A stretch of DNA of 64,000 bases from Dehalococcoidia bacterium (GTDB taxonomy: Bacteria; Chloroflexota; Dehalococcoidia; UBA2979). Made by a program: the position numbers and the translations under genes. The stretch lies in assembly GCA_963667465.2 (NCBI GenBank), contig CAXXDN010000002.1, positions 672,001-736,000 on the forward strand. The letters are read 5' to 3'. Positions 49,990 to 59,630 of the stretch are shown here, piece by piece. The notes under the pieces were generated by a model that ran no database searches, was not told the origin of the DNA, and saw only the letters and a list, made by a program, of their open reading frames with translations. Every line of letters begins with the position of its first letter. The first letter of the stretch is position 1.

Positions 49990-50355
49990 GTGCTGACTGA
50001 AACACCGGCGGGGTACGGTGAGAGCCCCGAGGACGGCCCGCGCCACCTCGGCGTCGCCGAGGCGAAGGCGACGTTCTCGGCGCTGATCGAGGGCGTGCAG
50101 CATCGCTCGGAGCGCTACGTCATCGAGCGCCACGGCAAGCCCGCTGCCGCCCTCGTGAGCGTCGAGGAACTCGAACGCCTCGGCGCCGAGGAGTCGGGCG
50201 CGCGGCGAAACGACGGCCTGAGTGGCTTCATCGGTTTGTTTGACGGGCTCCTGACCGACGAGGAGATCGACGAGATGGTCGACCACATCTACGCCGGTCG
50301 CGAACGAGACCGCTACTCGCCTGCGCGCGTGGACTTCAGTGACGTGCCCGAGTGA
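49990..50355 (+). CDS. Phd/YefM family antitoxin
   Basis: GVAEAKATFSALI...YVIERHGKPAAALV; GAGGGG SD before GTG 49990. Confidence 0.88.
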   Translation: MLTETPAGYGESPEDGPRHLGVAEAKATFSALIEGVQHRSERYVIERHGKPAAALVSVEELERLGAEESGARRNDGLSGFIGLFDGLLTDEEIDEMVDHIYAGRERDRYSPARVDFSDVPE

Positions 50356-50759
50356 GATACCTGCTGGACACTGACACGCTCAGTGCCCTCACAAGACCAG
50401 CGCCGTCCCCGGCGCTCCTGATGCGAATGGCGACGACGGCTCCCGAAGACCGGACCACGTCCAGCGTCACGCTGGCCGAGCTGCTGTTCGGGGCGCACCG
50501 GACCGGCCAGCGATCGGCGGAGTATCTCTCCCGTATCCGTGGCGCACTGCCCGCAACCCCGTTCGTGCCCTTCGATGACTCGGCCGCCGCGGAGTACGGG
50601 CGGCTACGCGCCCACCTGGCGGGCCGGGGAACGCCGATCGGCCACGAGGACACGCAGATCGCGGCGATCGCGCTAGCGAACGACCTCATCGTCGTCAGCG
50701 GCAACGTCCGCCACTTCGAGCGCGTGCCCGGCCTCACCGTCGAGAACTGGCTCGAGTAG
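50352..50759 (+). CDS. vapC: VapC PIN-domain toxin
   Basis: YLLDTD, TLAELLFG, D.QIAAIAL, V.GNVRHFERVPGL.VENW. Confidence 0.92.
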   Translation: MRYLLDTDTLSALTRPAPSPALLMRMATTAPEDRTTSSVTLAELLFGAHRTGQRSAEYLSRIRGALPATPFVPFDDSAAAEYGRLRAHLAGRGTPIGHEDTQIAAIALANDLIVVSGNVRHFERVPGLTVENWLE

Positions 50760-50830
50760 GCCGAGGAGCGTCGACGCCTCGAGGAGCGCTCGACCGCGCG
50801 CGATAGCAGCGCGCCCGATAGCATGGAGCC

Positions 50831-52042
50831 ATGGACCCCGATCTGATCCGGCGGCTGTCGATACCAGGCGAGAGCAAGGTGCTGCTCTGCGTCCTCGACG
50901 GGCTCGGCGGCCTGCCCGGACCGCTTGGCCGCAGCGAGCTGGAGTCGGCCGACTGCCGCCACCTCGACCGGCTCGCGACCGAGGGCGCGCTCGGCCAGAC
51001 GATCCCCGTCGGCTACGGCATCACCCCCGGCTCCGGCCCCGGTCACCTCGCACTCTTCGGCTACGACCCGCTCGTCTACGAGGTCGGGCGCGGCGTCCTC
51101 GAGGGCACCGGCATCGACATCGCGCTGCAGCCCCCGGACCTTGCCGCCCGCGGCAACCTCTGCACGGTCGACGCCGACGGCCGCATCACGGACCGCCGCG
51201 CCGGGCGCGTGGCCACCGCGGTCACCGAGGAGATTGCGGCGGAACTCTCGACCATCGAGCTGCCGGGCTGCGAGGTCGCGGTCCACGCTGTGCGCGAGCA
51301 TCGCTTCGTGCTCGTGTTACGCGCCACGGAGGGCAGCCCGCCGCTGAGCGACGCGATCAGCGAGACGGACCCGCAGGCCGAGGGCGTCCCGCCACTCGAC
51401 GCGGCCGCGACCGCGCCCGAGGGCGAGCACACCGCCGATCTGGTCAACCAGTTCGCGCGGGAGACCCGGGCGCGGCTCGCCGGCCGCGAGATGGCGAACG
51501 ACGTACTGCTGCGCGGCTGGTCGACGCTGCCCGACCTGCCGCAGCTCCCCGAACTGTGGAAGCTGCGCGCCGCCGCCATCGCCGTCTACCCGATGTATCG
51601 AGGGCTTGCCCGCCTCGTCGGCATGGACGTGCTCGACGCGGGCGAGTCGTTCGAGACGGCCATCGCGAGGCTGCGCAGCGCCTGGGACGATTACGACTTC
51701 TTCTTCCTGCACTACAAGCCGACCGACGCCGCCGGCGAGGACGGCGACTTCGCGCGCAAGCGGCAGGCGCTGCGCGAATTCGACGCGTGCGTGCCGGAGC
51801 TGCTGGCCCTCAACCCGAACGTGCTGATCATCGCCGGCGACCACTCGACGCCGGCGCCGATGGCGGCGCACTCGTGGCACCCGGTCCCGCTGCTGATTCG
51901 GGGCGACAACGTGCGCACGGATGCCTCGCACCACTTCGACGAGGGCGAGTGCGCGGTCGGCGGCCTCGGCACGCTGCCGGCGAAGGAGCTGCTCCCGCTC
52001 GCCTTCGCCCACGCCATGCGCCTCGCCAAGTTCGGCGCCTGA
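50831..52042 (+). CDS. apgM: 2,3-bisphosphoglycerate-independent phosphoglycerate mutase, archaeal type
   Basis: LDGLGG, TPGSGPGHLALFGYDP, GRGVLE, HYK.TD.AGEDG, GDHSTP, HSWHPVP. Confidence 0.93.
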   Translation: MDPDLIRRLSIPGESKVLLCVLDGLGGLPGPLGRSELESADCRHLDRLATEGALGQTIPVGYGITPGSGPGHLALFGYDPLVYEVGRGVLEGTGIDIALQPPDLAARGNLCTVDADGRITDRRAGRVATAVTEEIAAELSTIELPGCEVAVHAVREHRFVLVLRATEGSPPLSDAISETDPQAEGVPPLDAAATAPEGEHTADLVNQFARETRARLAGREMANDVLLRGWSTLPDLPQLPELWKLRAAAIAVYPMYRGLARLVGMDVLDAGESFETAIARLRSAWDDYDFFFLHYKPTDAAGEDGDFARKRQALREFDACVPELLALNPNVLIIAGDHSTPAPMAAHSWHPVPLLIRGDNVRTDASHHFDEGECAVGGLGTLPAKELLPLAFAHAMRLAKFGA

Positions 52043-52053
52043 GAGGAGCGGCT

Positions 52054-52821
52054 GTGGCCACGCGAACGCCGATCGTCGGCGGCAACTGGAAGATGCACCT
52101 CGACCGCGGCGGTGCGCGCGAGCTGCTGCGCGAACTGCGCGAGCAACTCGACGGCCTCGCGGGCGTCGATGTCGTGATCTTCCCGCCCGCCACCTGGCTC
52201 GGCGACGCCGCCGACGCGCTCGAGGGCAGCACGCTGCGTGTCGGCGCGCAGAACGCCTACTGGCTCCCGCACGGCGCCTACACCGGCGAGGTCGGCGCGG
52301 CGATGCTCGTCGGCACCGCCGATTACGTGCTCGTTGGCCACTCGGAGCGCCGCCACGTCTTCGGCGAGAGCGACGAGGACAGCGGCCGCAAGCTCGACGC
52401 CGTCCTCGGACTGGCGTTGCAGCCGATCCTCGCCGTCGGGGAGCAGCGCGAGGAGCGCGAGGGCGGGCGCACCGCCGACGTGCTGCGCCGCCAGCTCGAC
52501 GCCGCGTTCGTGGACATCGAAACACTGCCCGAGGGCTTCACGATCGCCTACGAGCCGGTCTGGGCGATCGGCACCGGCCTGACCGCGACGCCGGAGATCG
52601 CGCAGGCCACCGTCGCGGACATCCGCCGCATGGTCGCCGACCGCTTCGGCGCCGCGAGCGCCGGGGCCTGCCGCATCCAGTACGGCGGCTCGGTCAACGC
52701 CGGGAATGTCGCCGACCTCGCGAGCCAGCCGGATATCGACGGCGCGCTCGTCGGCGGCGCCTCGCTCGACGCCGAGGCGTTCGCAACGATCTGCCGCGCC
52801 GTCGCCGCCGCCGCGGAGTAG
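52054..52821 (+). CDS. tpiA: Triosephosphate isomerase
   Basis: GNWKM, GHSERR, AYEPVWAIGTG, YGGSV, LVGGASL. Confidence 0.97.
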   Translation: MATRTPIVGGNWKMHLDRGGARELLRELREQLDGLAGVDVVIFPPATWLGDAADALEGSTLRVGAQNAYWLPHGAYTGEVGAAMLVGTADYVLVGHSERRHVFGESDEDSGRKLDAVLGLALQPILAVGEQREEREGGRTADVLRRQLDAAFVDIETLPEGFTIAYEPVWAIGTGLTATPEIAQATVADIRRMVADRFGAASAGACRIQYGGSVNAGNVADLASQPDIDGALVGGASLDAEAFATICRAVAAAAE

Positions 52822-52825
52822 CCCG

Positions 52826-53746
52826 CTGAGCACGCCCGGCGTCGTCGCGCTCGTCGGCCCGACTGCCTCGGGCAAGACGGCGGCCGCCGCCGCCATCGCG
52901 GAGCGGCTCCCGATCGAGGTCGTCTCCGCCGACTCGCGCCAGATCCGGCGCGGCATGCGCATCGGCACGGCCGCGCCCAGCGACGAGGAGCTGGCCGCCG
53001 TCCCGCATCACCTCGTCGGCGTCGCCGGGCCGGACGCCCCCTGGACGCTCGCCGACTTCCTCGAGGGCGCGCACGCGGCCATCGAGGAGATCCACGCGCG
53101 CGGGCAGCTGCCGCTGATCGCCGGCGGGGCGGGGCAATACGTCTGGGGGCTGCTCGAGGGCGTGCAGCCGCCCGCCGTCCCGCCGGACCCGGCGCTGCGC
53201 GCACGCCTCGAGGAGGAGGCGCGGGAGCACGGCGGCGAGGCGCTGCACGCCCGCCTCGCCGCGCTCGATCCGCCCTCCGCGGAGCGCATCGACGTGCGCA
53301 ACAGCCGCCGCCTGATCCGCGCGCTGGAGATCATCGAGGCGACCGGCGAGCCGATCGCGCCGCTCGCCCGCGTGCCGCCGCCGTGGCCCTGGCGCGTCAT
53401 CGGCCTCGAGTGGTCGCGCAGCGCGCTCTTCCGCCGCGCTGACGAGCGCGCCGCGCGCATGTACGCCGCTGGCCTCGTCGAGGAGACGCGCGCGCTCGTC
53501 GCCCGCTGCGGCGAGGACTTCGAGGCGCTCAGCTCGATCGGCTACGCCGAGGCGCTGGGCGTGCTGCGTGGCAAGTGGGACGAGGCCGAGGCGATCGAGC
53601 GCACCCAGGCCGCGACCCGCCGCCTGATCCGCCGCCAGGCCGCCTGGTTCCGCCCCGCCGACCCCCGCATCAACTGGCTCGACGGCTCGAACCTCGACGG
53701 CGTCGTGGCCGCGGTGGAGGCCGCGTTCGCCGAGCTACGGGCGTAG
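52826..53746 (+). CDS. miaA: tRNA dimethylallyltransferase
   Basis: GPTASGKT, SADSRQ, IGTA.P, PHHL, N.RRLIRALE, IGY.E, RRQ..WF; start probably CTG 52826. Confidence 0.92.
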   Translation: MSTPGVVALVGPTASGKTAAAAAIAERLPIEVVSADSRQIRRGMRIGTAAPSDEELAAVPHHLVGVAGPDAPWTLADFLEGAHAAIEEIHARGQLPLIAGGAGQYVWGLLEGVQPPAVPPDPALRARLEEEAREHGGEALHARLAALDPPSAERIDVRNSRRLIRALEIIEATGEPIAPLARVPPPWPWRVIGLEWSRSALFRRADERAARMYAAGLVEETRALVARCGEDFEALSSIGYAEALGVLRGKWDEAEAIERTQAATRRLIRRQAAWFRPADPRINWLDGSNLDGVVAAVEAAFAELRA

Positions 53747-53755
53747 CGCGGCGCG

Positions 53756-54922
53756 CTACTCCGGGTCAGCGAGCGCGGCGCGGGCGATTGTTTCGAGGGC
53801 GCGCGCCTCGATCGGGGGGTTGACGAGGCCGCTGCGGACGTCGCGGAAGTAGCGCTCCAGCGGCTCGGCGCGGTGGAGGGCGACGCCACCGACGATGCGC
53901 ATCGCGGCCTCGGCGACCCGGACGGCGCTGTTGGTGGCGAGGCGCTTCGCGGCGGCGACCTGCGGGCCCATGCGGGCGCGCTCGTCCGGGTGCTGCTCCC
54001 AGTCCTCGGCGGTCTGCAGCAGCAGCGCGCGCGCGGCCAGCACGGTTGCGTCGATGCGGCCGATCTGCTCGCGGACGTGGGGGATGCTCGCGATCGGGGC
54101 CGCGTCGCCGAGCGGCTGGCGCTCGCGCGCGAAGCGCACGGCGTAGTCGCGCGCCGCCTCGGCCACGCCGAGGCTCGTCGCGCCGACGAGGATCGGGAAC
54201 CAGGCGTTCGCGCCCGCCTCGCGGCGCGTCCCGCCGCCGCTGCGCGAGAGGAAGTCCTCGTCGCTCACGGCGACTCCGTCGAAGTGCACGTCGTGGGAGC
54301 CGCTGGCGCGCATGCCGAGGGAGTCCCACGTCTCCTCGACGCGCACGCCGGGCAGATCGCGATGCACGGCGAGGCGCGCGGTGTCGCCCGAGCCGTCCTC
54401 GACGGCGACGTAGGTGACGAACCAGGTGAGGGCCGGCGCGAGCGTGGTGAAGGTCTTGTGCCCACTGAGCCGCCAGCGGCCAGGCCCGTCTGGCGTGACG
54501 TTCGAGCGAGGCCGCCCGCCGCCCTGCGGGGAGCCGAGCTCAGGCTCGGCGGCGGCGTTGTTGATGAGCGCGCCGTCGCGCACGACCGCGTCGAAGATGC
54601 GCGCGCGGGCGGCCTCCGGCCAGGCGCGCGCCTGCCCCTCGCCGCCGCAGAGCATGAGGTGCATCGCCAGCCCGATCGCCGTCGAGCCGTCGCCCTTCGC
54701 AAGCGCGAGGTGGGCGAGCGTGATGTCGTCCAGCCCGTAGCCCCCGCCGCCGTACTCCTCGGGCACCGCCGCCGCGGTGTACCCGCTGCGCCGCAGCTCC
54801 TCGAAGTTCTCGAACGGGAAGGAGCCCTCGCGGTCGTACTGCGCCGCGCGCTCCGCGAACGCGGGCGCAAGCGATTGCGCGAGGGCGAGCAGGCCGGCCT
54901 GCCGATCGTTCTTCGGGTACAT
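53756..54922 (-). CDS. Acyl-CoA dehydrogenase-like flavoprotein
   Basis: DREGSFP, GHKTFTT, WDSLGMRASGSHDV, LERYFRDVR; start refined to ATG 54922. Confidence 0.88.
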   Translation of the reverse strand: MYPKNDRQAGLLALAQSLAPAFAERAAQYDREGSFPFENFEELRRSGYTAAAVPEEYGGGGYGLDDITLAHLALAKGDGSTAIGLAMHLMLCGGEGQARAWPEAARARIFDAVVRDGALINNAAAEPELGSPQGGGRPRSNVTPDGPGRWRLSGHKTFTTLAPALTWFVTYVAVEDGSGDTARLAVHRDLPGVRVEETWDSLGMRASGSHDVHFDGVAVSDEDFLSRSGGGTRREAGANAWFPILVGATSLGVAEAARDYAVRFARERQPLGDAAPIASIPHVREQIGRIDATVLAARALLLQTAEDWEQHPDERARMGPQVAAAKRLATNSAVRVAEAAMRIVGGVALHRAEPLERYFRDVRSGLVNPPIEARALETIARAALADPE

Positions 54923-55023
54923 CGCCGGCGAGCGTAGCACCGGGGCGTGGTGGGGGCAGGGGGCGGGGCTCCGCTCCCCACACCCTGTTGAGCCCGCCGC
55001 GCGGGCGACCGTACGATGGCTGG

Positions 55024-55896
55024 ATGAACGAGCTGCCGTTCTGGAAGATGCACGGCGCCGGCAACGACTTCGTCGTGCACGACGCCAGCGAGGGCGCGAC
55101 ACGCTCCGACGAGGCGTGGGCCGCGCTCGCCGAGCGCGTGTGCGACCGGCACTTCGGGGTCGGCGCCGACGGGCTGATCGCCGTCCTGCCCTCGGATGTC
55201 GCGGACCGGCGGATGCGGATCTTCAACTCCGACGGCTCCGAGGCGGAGATGTGCGGCAACGGCATCCGCTGCCTCGTCAAGTTCGCGCTCGACCGGGACG
55301 AGGCGCTGCGCTCGCGCGGCGCGCTGCGCGTCGAGACGCTCGCCGGGGTGCTGGACGCCGTGGCGACGTTCGGCGCCGGCGGGACTGTCGATCGCGTGCG
55401 CGTCAGCATGGGCGCGCCGCGCTTCGAGCCGGAGGCGATCGGCGCGCTCGTCGAGCAGGCGCCGCCGGTGCTCGACCTGCCCATCGAGGCGGCCGGCGAG
55501 AGGCGCCGCGTGACGCTCGTCTCGATGGGCAACCCGCACGCCGTGATGTTCGGCAGTGAGCCGGTCGAGGCGTTCGACCTCGAGCGGATCGGGCCGGCGA
55601 TTGAGCACCACCCGCTGTTCGCGAACCGCACGAACGTCGAGATCGTGCGTGTGCGCGATCGCGCGGCGATCGAGATGCGCGTGTGGGAGCGTGGCGTGGG
55701 CGAGACGCTCGCCTGCGGCTCCGGCGCCTGTGCGGCCGTCGTCGCCGCGCGCCTGCGCGGCCTCGCCGACGACGAGGTCGCAGTGAGCGTCCCGGGCGGG
55801 ACACTCGGCATCGGCTGGGCCGGCGAGGGCGAGGTGACGCTCGAGGGCCCGGCAGTCAAGGTCTTCGAATCGATCTGGCGCGAGCCGGGATCGTAA
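55024..55896 (+). CDS. dapF: Diaminopimelate epimerase
   Basis: KMHGAGNDF, NSDGSEAEMCGNG, MGNPH, WERGVGETLACGSG. Confidence 0.97.
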   Translation: MNELPFWKMHGAGNDFVVHDASEGATRSDEAWAALAERVCDRHFGVGADGLIAVLPSDVADRRMRIFNSDGSEAEMCGNGIRCLVKFALDRDEALRSRGALRVETLAGVLDAVATFGAGGTVDRVRVSMGAPRFEPEAIGALVEQAPPVLDLPIEAAGERRRVTLVSMGNPHAVMFGSEPVEAFDLERIGPAIEHHPLFANRTNVEIVRVRDRAAIEMRVWERGVGETLACGSGACAAVVAARLRGLADDEVAVSVPGGTLGIGWAGEGEVTLEGPAVKVFESIWREPGS

Positions 55897-55947
55897 TGAA
55901 TCAGCACGTCAGTATGAGACTCCGAGGAGTTCCAGGGAGACACAGCC

Positions 55948-56835
55948 ATGACGCAGGCACGGATCGGCGGACAACTGGGCGATGCGCTACAGACGCGCAA
56001 TGCCCCTCGCAGCATCGATGAGTGGGAAGCGCTACTCGACAGCGACGCAGCCGACGTGGTGGAAACCGACATCGGTGAGATGGCGATCGCGCGCGAGCGT
56101 GGCCAGCTCCACCTGCACTACGCCTTCGACGACCTCGAGGCGATGACCGCGGCCTGGCATCCCTGCTTCGACGCGCTGCGCGACCGTATCGCCAGCTCCG
56201 GCCACCCGTACGTGACCATCGACCTCGTCGAGCACATCAACCGGCGCTGGATCGAGAACCTGCTCGCCGAGTGCGACTTCCAGGAGATGGGCGAGTGGCT
56301 CGAGCTCGTGCACCCCGGCCTGCGCGATGTCGTCCCGCCCGAGTTCCCCGAGGGCCTGACGATGCGCCGCGCCCAGCCCGGCGACGCGGACGCGATCGTC
56401 GCGATCGAGGGCGCCGCCTACGGCGAGTGGACCGACGGCGAGGGGGCCACCCTCGCGCGCATCGAGGAGGCCGGCTGGACCGGCGTGATCGAGCGCGACG
56501 GCGAGGTGATCGCCTACGCGATCAACACCCCCGTCAAGGACGGGCGCGGCGAGGTCATGTCCTGCGCCGTGAAGCCCGACGCGCAGGGCGATGGCATCGG
56601 CAAGCTGATCCTCGGTGCGGCCACCTACCAGTTGGCCGCCTCGGACGGTCGCGAGGCCGCCGTGCGTGTGCGTCCGGACATCCCGCAGGCGGCTCGCACC
56701 GCCACGGCGGTCGGGTACCTCGTGGGCCGGCGCGGCATCGAGCTGCGGCGCGACTCGGACGAGGAAGTGCTGCGGCAGGCGCGCGACGAGGCGCGCGTCC
56801 GCGGCATGAAGGTTCGCTTCGGCGGCTGGCGCTAG
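55948..56835 (+). CDS. GNAT-domain protein with unknown N-terminal domain
   Basis: C-terminal AVKPDAQGDGIGKLIL acetyl-CoA-binding motif; GGGAG SD. Confidence 0.75.
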   Translation: MTQARIGGQLGDALQTRNAPRSIDEWEALLDSDAADVVETDIGEMAIARERGQLHLHYAFDDLEAMTAAWHPCFDALRDRIASSGHPYVTIDLVEHINRRWIENLLAECDFQEMGEWLELVHPGLRDVVPPEFPEGLTMRRAQPGDADAIVAIEGAAYGEWTDGEGATLARIEEAGWTGVIERDGEVIAYAINTPVKDGRGEVMSCAVKPDAQGDGIGKLILGAATYQLAASDGREAAVRVRPDIPQAARTATAVGYLVGRRGIELRRDSDEEVLRQARDEARVRGMKVRFGGWR

Positions 56836-56839
56836 CGGC

Positions 56840-58009
56840 ATGAGACTCGCGCGCCGCGTCGAACAGCTCCCGCCCTACCTCTTCGCCCGCATCTCCGAGC
56901 TGATCGCCAGGCAGCAGGCCGCCGGCGTCGACGTGATCTCGCTCGGCATCGGCGACCCGGATCTGCCGACGCCCGACCACATCCTCGACTCGCTGCGCGA
57001 GGCCGCCGGCGACCCGGCGAACCACCGCTACCCGGAGACCGAGGGCCTGCCCGAGTTTCGCGAGGCCGTCGCGCGCTGGTACGACAAGCGCCACGGCGTG
57101 GCGCTCGACCCGGAGAGCGAGGTCGTCTCGTTGATCGGCTCGAAGGAGGGGCTCGGCCACCTCCCGCTCTGCCTGATCGATCCGGGCGACCTCGCGATCG
57201 GCACGCAGCCCGGCTACCCCGTCTACGACATCGCGACGATGTTCGCCGGCGGCGAGACGCTCTCGCTGCAGCTGCGCGAGGAGGACGGCTGGCTGCCGCG
57301 CCTCGAGGACATACCCGCCGCCGAGGCGGAGCGCGCGCGTCTGCTCTGGCTCAACTATCCGAACAACCCGACCGGCGCGATCGCCGACGAGGCCTTCTTC
57401 GCCCGCGCCATCGCCTGGGCGCGCGACAACGACGTGGTGATCGCACACGACCTCGCCTACTCGGACGTCTGCTACGACGGCTACCAGGCGCCCTCGATCC
57501 TCGAGGTTGAGGGCGCTCGCGATGTCGCGATCGAGTTCAACTCGCTCTCCAAGACGTTCAACATGACCGGCTGGCGGATCGGCATGGCGGTCGGCAACGC
57601 CGACCTCGTGGGCGTGTTGCGGCGCGTCAAGTCGAACCTCGACAGCGGCGTGCCACAGGCCGTGCAACAGATGGCGATCACCGCCCTCGACGACCCGCGC
57701 GACTCGATTGAGCGACATAACGAGATCTACCAGCGCCGCCGCGACCGTGTCGTCGAGGTGCTGCGCGAGCTCGGCCTGCACGTCGATCCGCCGAAGGCCT
57801 CGCTCTACGTCTGGGCGCGGCTGCCAGAGGGCGAGCGCTCCTCGGCGGCGTACGCGCAGCAGCTGGTCGAGGCGACCGGCGTGGTGGTCACGCCGGGCAC
57901 GGGCTACGGCGACGGAGGCGAGGGCTACATCCGCATCTCGATCACGATTGCCGACGAGCGCCTCGAGGAGGCGCTGTCGCGGCTGAGCGCCTTCGCCCGC
58001 GGCCAGTAG
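56840..58009 (+). CDS. dapL: LL-diaminopimelate aminotransferase
   Basis: LPPYLFA, LGIGDPD, IGSKEG, NYPNNPTG, SLSKTFNMTGWRIG, KSNLDSG; clustered with dapF. Confidence 0.9.
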   Translation: MRLARRVEQLPPYLFARISELIARQQAAGVDVISLGIGDPDLPTPDHILDSLREAAGDPANHRYPETEGLPEFREAVARWYDKRHGVALDPESEVVSLIGSKEGLGHLPLCLIDPGDLAIGTQPGYPVYDIATMFAGGETLSLQLREEDGWLPRLEDIPAAEAERARLLWLNYPNNPTGAIADEAFFARAIAWARDNDVVIAHDLAYSDVCYDGYQAPSILEVEGARDVAIEFNSLSKTFNMTGWRIGMAVGNADLVGVLRRVKSNLDSGVPQAVQQMAITALDDPRDSIERHNEIYQRRRDRVVEVLRELGLHVDPPKASLYVWARLPEGERSSAAYAQQLVEATGVVVTPGTGYGDGGEGYIRISITIADERLEEALSRLSAFARGQ

Positions 58010-58019
58010 GGCGGCGGCG

Positions 58020-58256
58020 ATGGCGCGCCGCCCGGCACAGCCGATGCCCAGGGCCGTGCTCGACGCGCTCGAGGCGCGCGGCGTGCGCGAGGACTACGAG
58101 GCGCGGCCCTTCTACCAGCGCAACGACTACCTCGCCTGGATCGCCCGCGCGCAGCGCGCGGAGACGCGCGAACGGCGCCTCGCCCAGATGCTCGACGAGT
58201 TGGAGCGGGGTGGCGTCTACATGAAGATGGCGCACGCACCGAGCCGCAAGGACTAG
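58020..58256 (+). CDS. YdeI/OmpD-associated (OmdA) small protein
   Basis: RPFYQRNDYL.WI..A...ETR.RRL.QML.EL..G..YM. Confidence 0.8.
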   Translation: MARRPAQPMPRAVLDALEARGVREDYEARPFYQRNDYLAWIARAQRAETRERRLAQMLDELERGGVYMKMAHAPSRKD

Positions 58257-58327
58257 CCTGCCGACCGGGGTGCAGCGCGCCCGCGCCGCGCGCGCTATCA
58301 TCGCCTCCCTCCCCCGGAACCGTAGCG

Positions 58328-59536
58328 ATGACCACGACCGCCGCACCGAGGACCGCGAGCGCCGCGCAGCCGCCGCCCGGGCCGGGCGTCTTCTCCTCGC
58401 GGATGCTGCGCGAGGCGATCGATTCCGGGCGCATCTCGCCGAAGCGGATCCCTGCGGCGCAGATCCAGCCGGCCAGCATCGACCTGCGGCTCGGCGCGAA
58501 GGCCTACCGGCTGCGCAGCAGCTTCCTGCCGGGTCCGAACGCGCGCGTGCGGGATCGCCTGCCGGAGCTGCAGATGGGCGCGCCGCTCGATCTGTCGGAC
58601 CCCGAGGGCGTCGTACTCGAGCCGGGGCGACCCTACCTCGTGAAGCTGATGGAGAGCGTGCGACTGCCGGAGGGCGCGATCGGGCGCACCAACCCCCGCA
58701 GCTCCACCGGCCGTCTCGACGTCTTCACGCGCGTGATCAGCGATCGCGGGACGCAGTTCGACGAGGTCGAGCCGGGCTACGAGGGCCCGCTCTGGCTCGA
58801 GGTCTACTCCAATACCTTCACCGTGAACGTGCGCCAGGGCCTCGCACTCACCCAGCTGCGGATCTCCTCGGGCGACTCGTGGCTGGACGCCGCCGCGATC
58901 GGCGAGCTGCACACGCGCGAGGGCCTTGTCTTCGAGAGCGGGCGATCGCCCGGCGCGCCCCGCGAGCGCGTCGAGGCGCCGCGGATCGGCCAGCGCGGGT
59001 TGCTGGTCAGCGTCGATCTGCCGGGTGCGCAGTTCTGCGGTTGGCGCGCGAAGCGCAACAGCGCGCTGCTCGACCTCGCGAAGACGGACGCCTACGACCC
59101 GTTCGACTACTGGGAGCCGGTTTTCGCCGAGCCGGGCGGGCGGCTGGTCATCCAACCGGGCGACTTCCACCTGCTGATCACCCGGGAGTTCGTGAGCATC
59201 CCGCCCGATGTCGCGGCGGAGATGGTGGCCTACGACCCGACCAACGGGGAGCTGCGCACGCACTACGCCGGCTTCTGCGACCCCGGTTTCGGCTACGGCG
59301 CGGACCTGCGCGGTACGCAGGCGGTGCTCGAGGTGCGTGCGCACGACGTGCCGTTCATGCTCGAGGACGGCCAGCCGATCGCGCGGCTCGCCTTCGAGCG
59401 GATGGCGGAGCCGCCTGGCGTGCTCTACGGCAGCAGCGAGCTCGGTTCGCACTTCCAGCGGCAGGGCGTGAAGCTCAGCCGCCAGTTCAAGGTCCCTGAG
59501 GCGAGCATCCGCTTCCAGATGACCAGCGGCCGCTGA
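58328..59536 (+). CDS. dcd: dCTP deaminase, long two-domain form
   Basis: QPASIDLRLG, NPRSSTGRLD, HYAGFCDPGFG, VLEVR..DVPF.LEDGQ. Confidence 0.88.
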   Translation: MTTTAAPRTASAAQPPPGPGVFSSRMLREAIDSGRISPKRIPAAQIQPASIDLRLGAKAYRLRSSFLPGPNARVRDRLPELQMGAPLDLSDPEGVVLEPGRPYLVKLMESVRLPEGAIGRTNPRSSTGRLDVFTRVISDRGTQFDEVEPGYEGPLWLEVYSNTFTVNVRQGLALTQLRISSGDSWLDAAAIGELHTREGLVFESGRSPGAPRERVEAPRIGQRGLLVSVDLPGAQFCGWRAKRNSALLDLAKTDAYDPFDYWEPVFAEPGGRLVIQPGDFHLLITREFVSIPPDVAAEMVAYDPTNGELRTHYAGFCDPGFGYGADLRGTQAVLEVRAHDVPFMLEDGQPIARLAFERMAEPPGVLYGSSELGSHFQRQGVKLSRQFKVPEASIRFQMTSGR

Positions 59537-59630
59537 CGCAGCCCTCCGCCAGGATGTGCTCCCGGGCTGTGGGCAGCAGTTCGAGCCGTCCCTGACATCC
59601 GCTCCTGGTGACGTGGCGAGGCCCGCCCCA

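Noticed and set aside
50762-50794. Short direct repeat CGAGGAGCG(C)TCGAC after vapC as an insertion scar
   Set aside because: No matching copy found at the other end of the islet; could be chance at high GC
55896-56021. Small ORF starting ATG AAT CAG at the dapF stop
   Set aside because: Overlaps the GNAT gene out of frame, no motif; the GNAT ATG has the better SD
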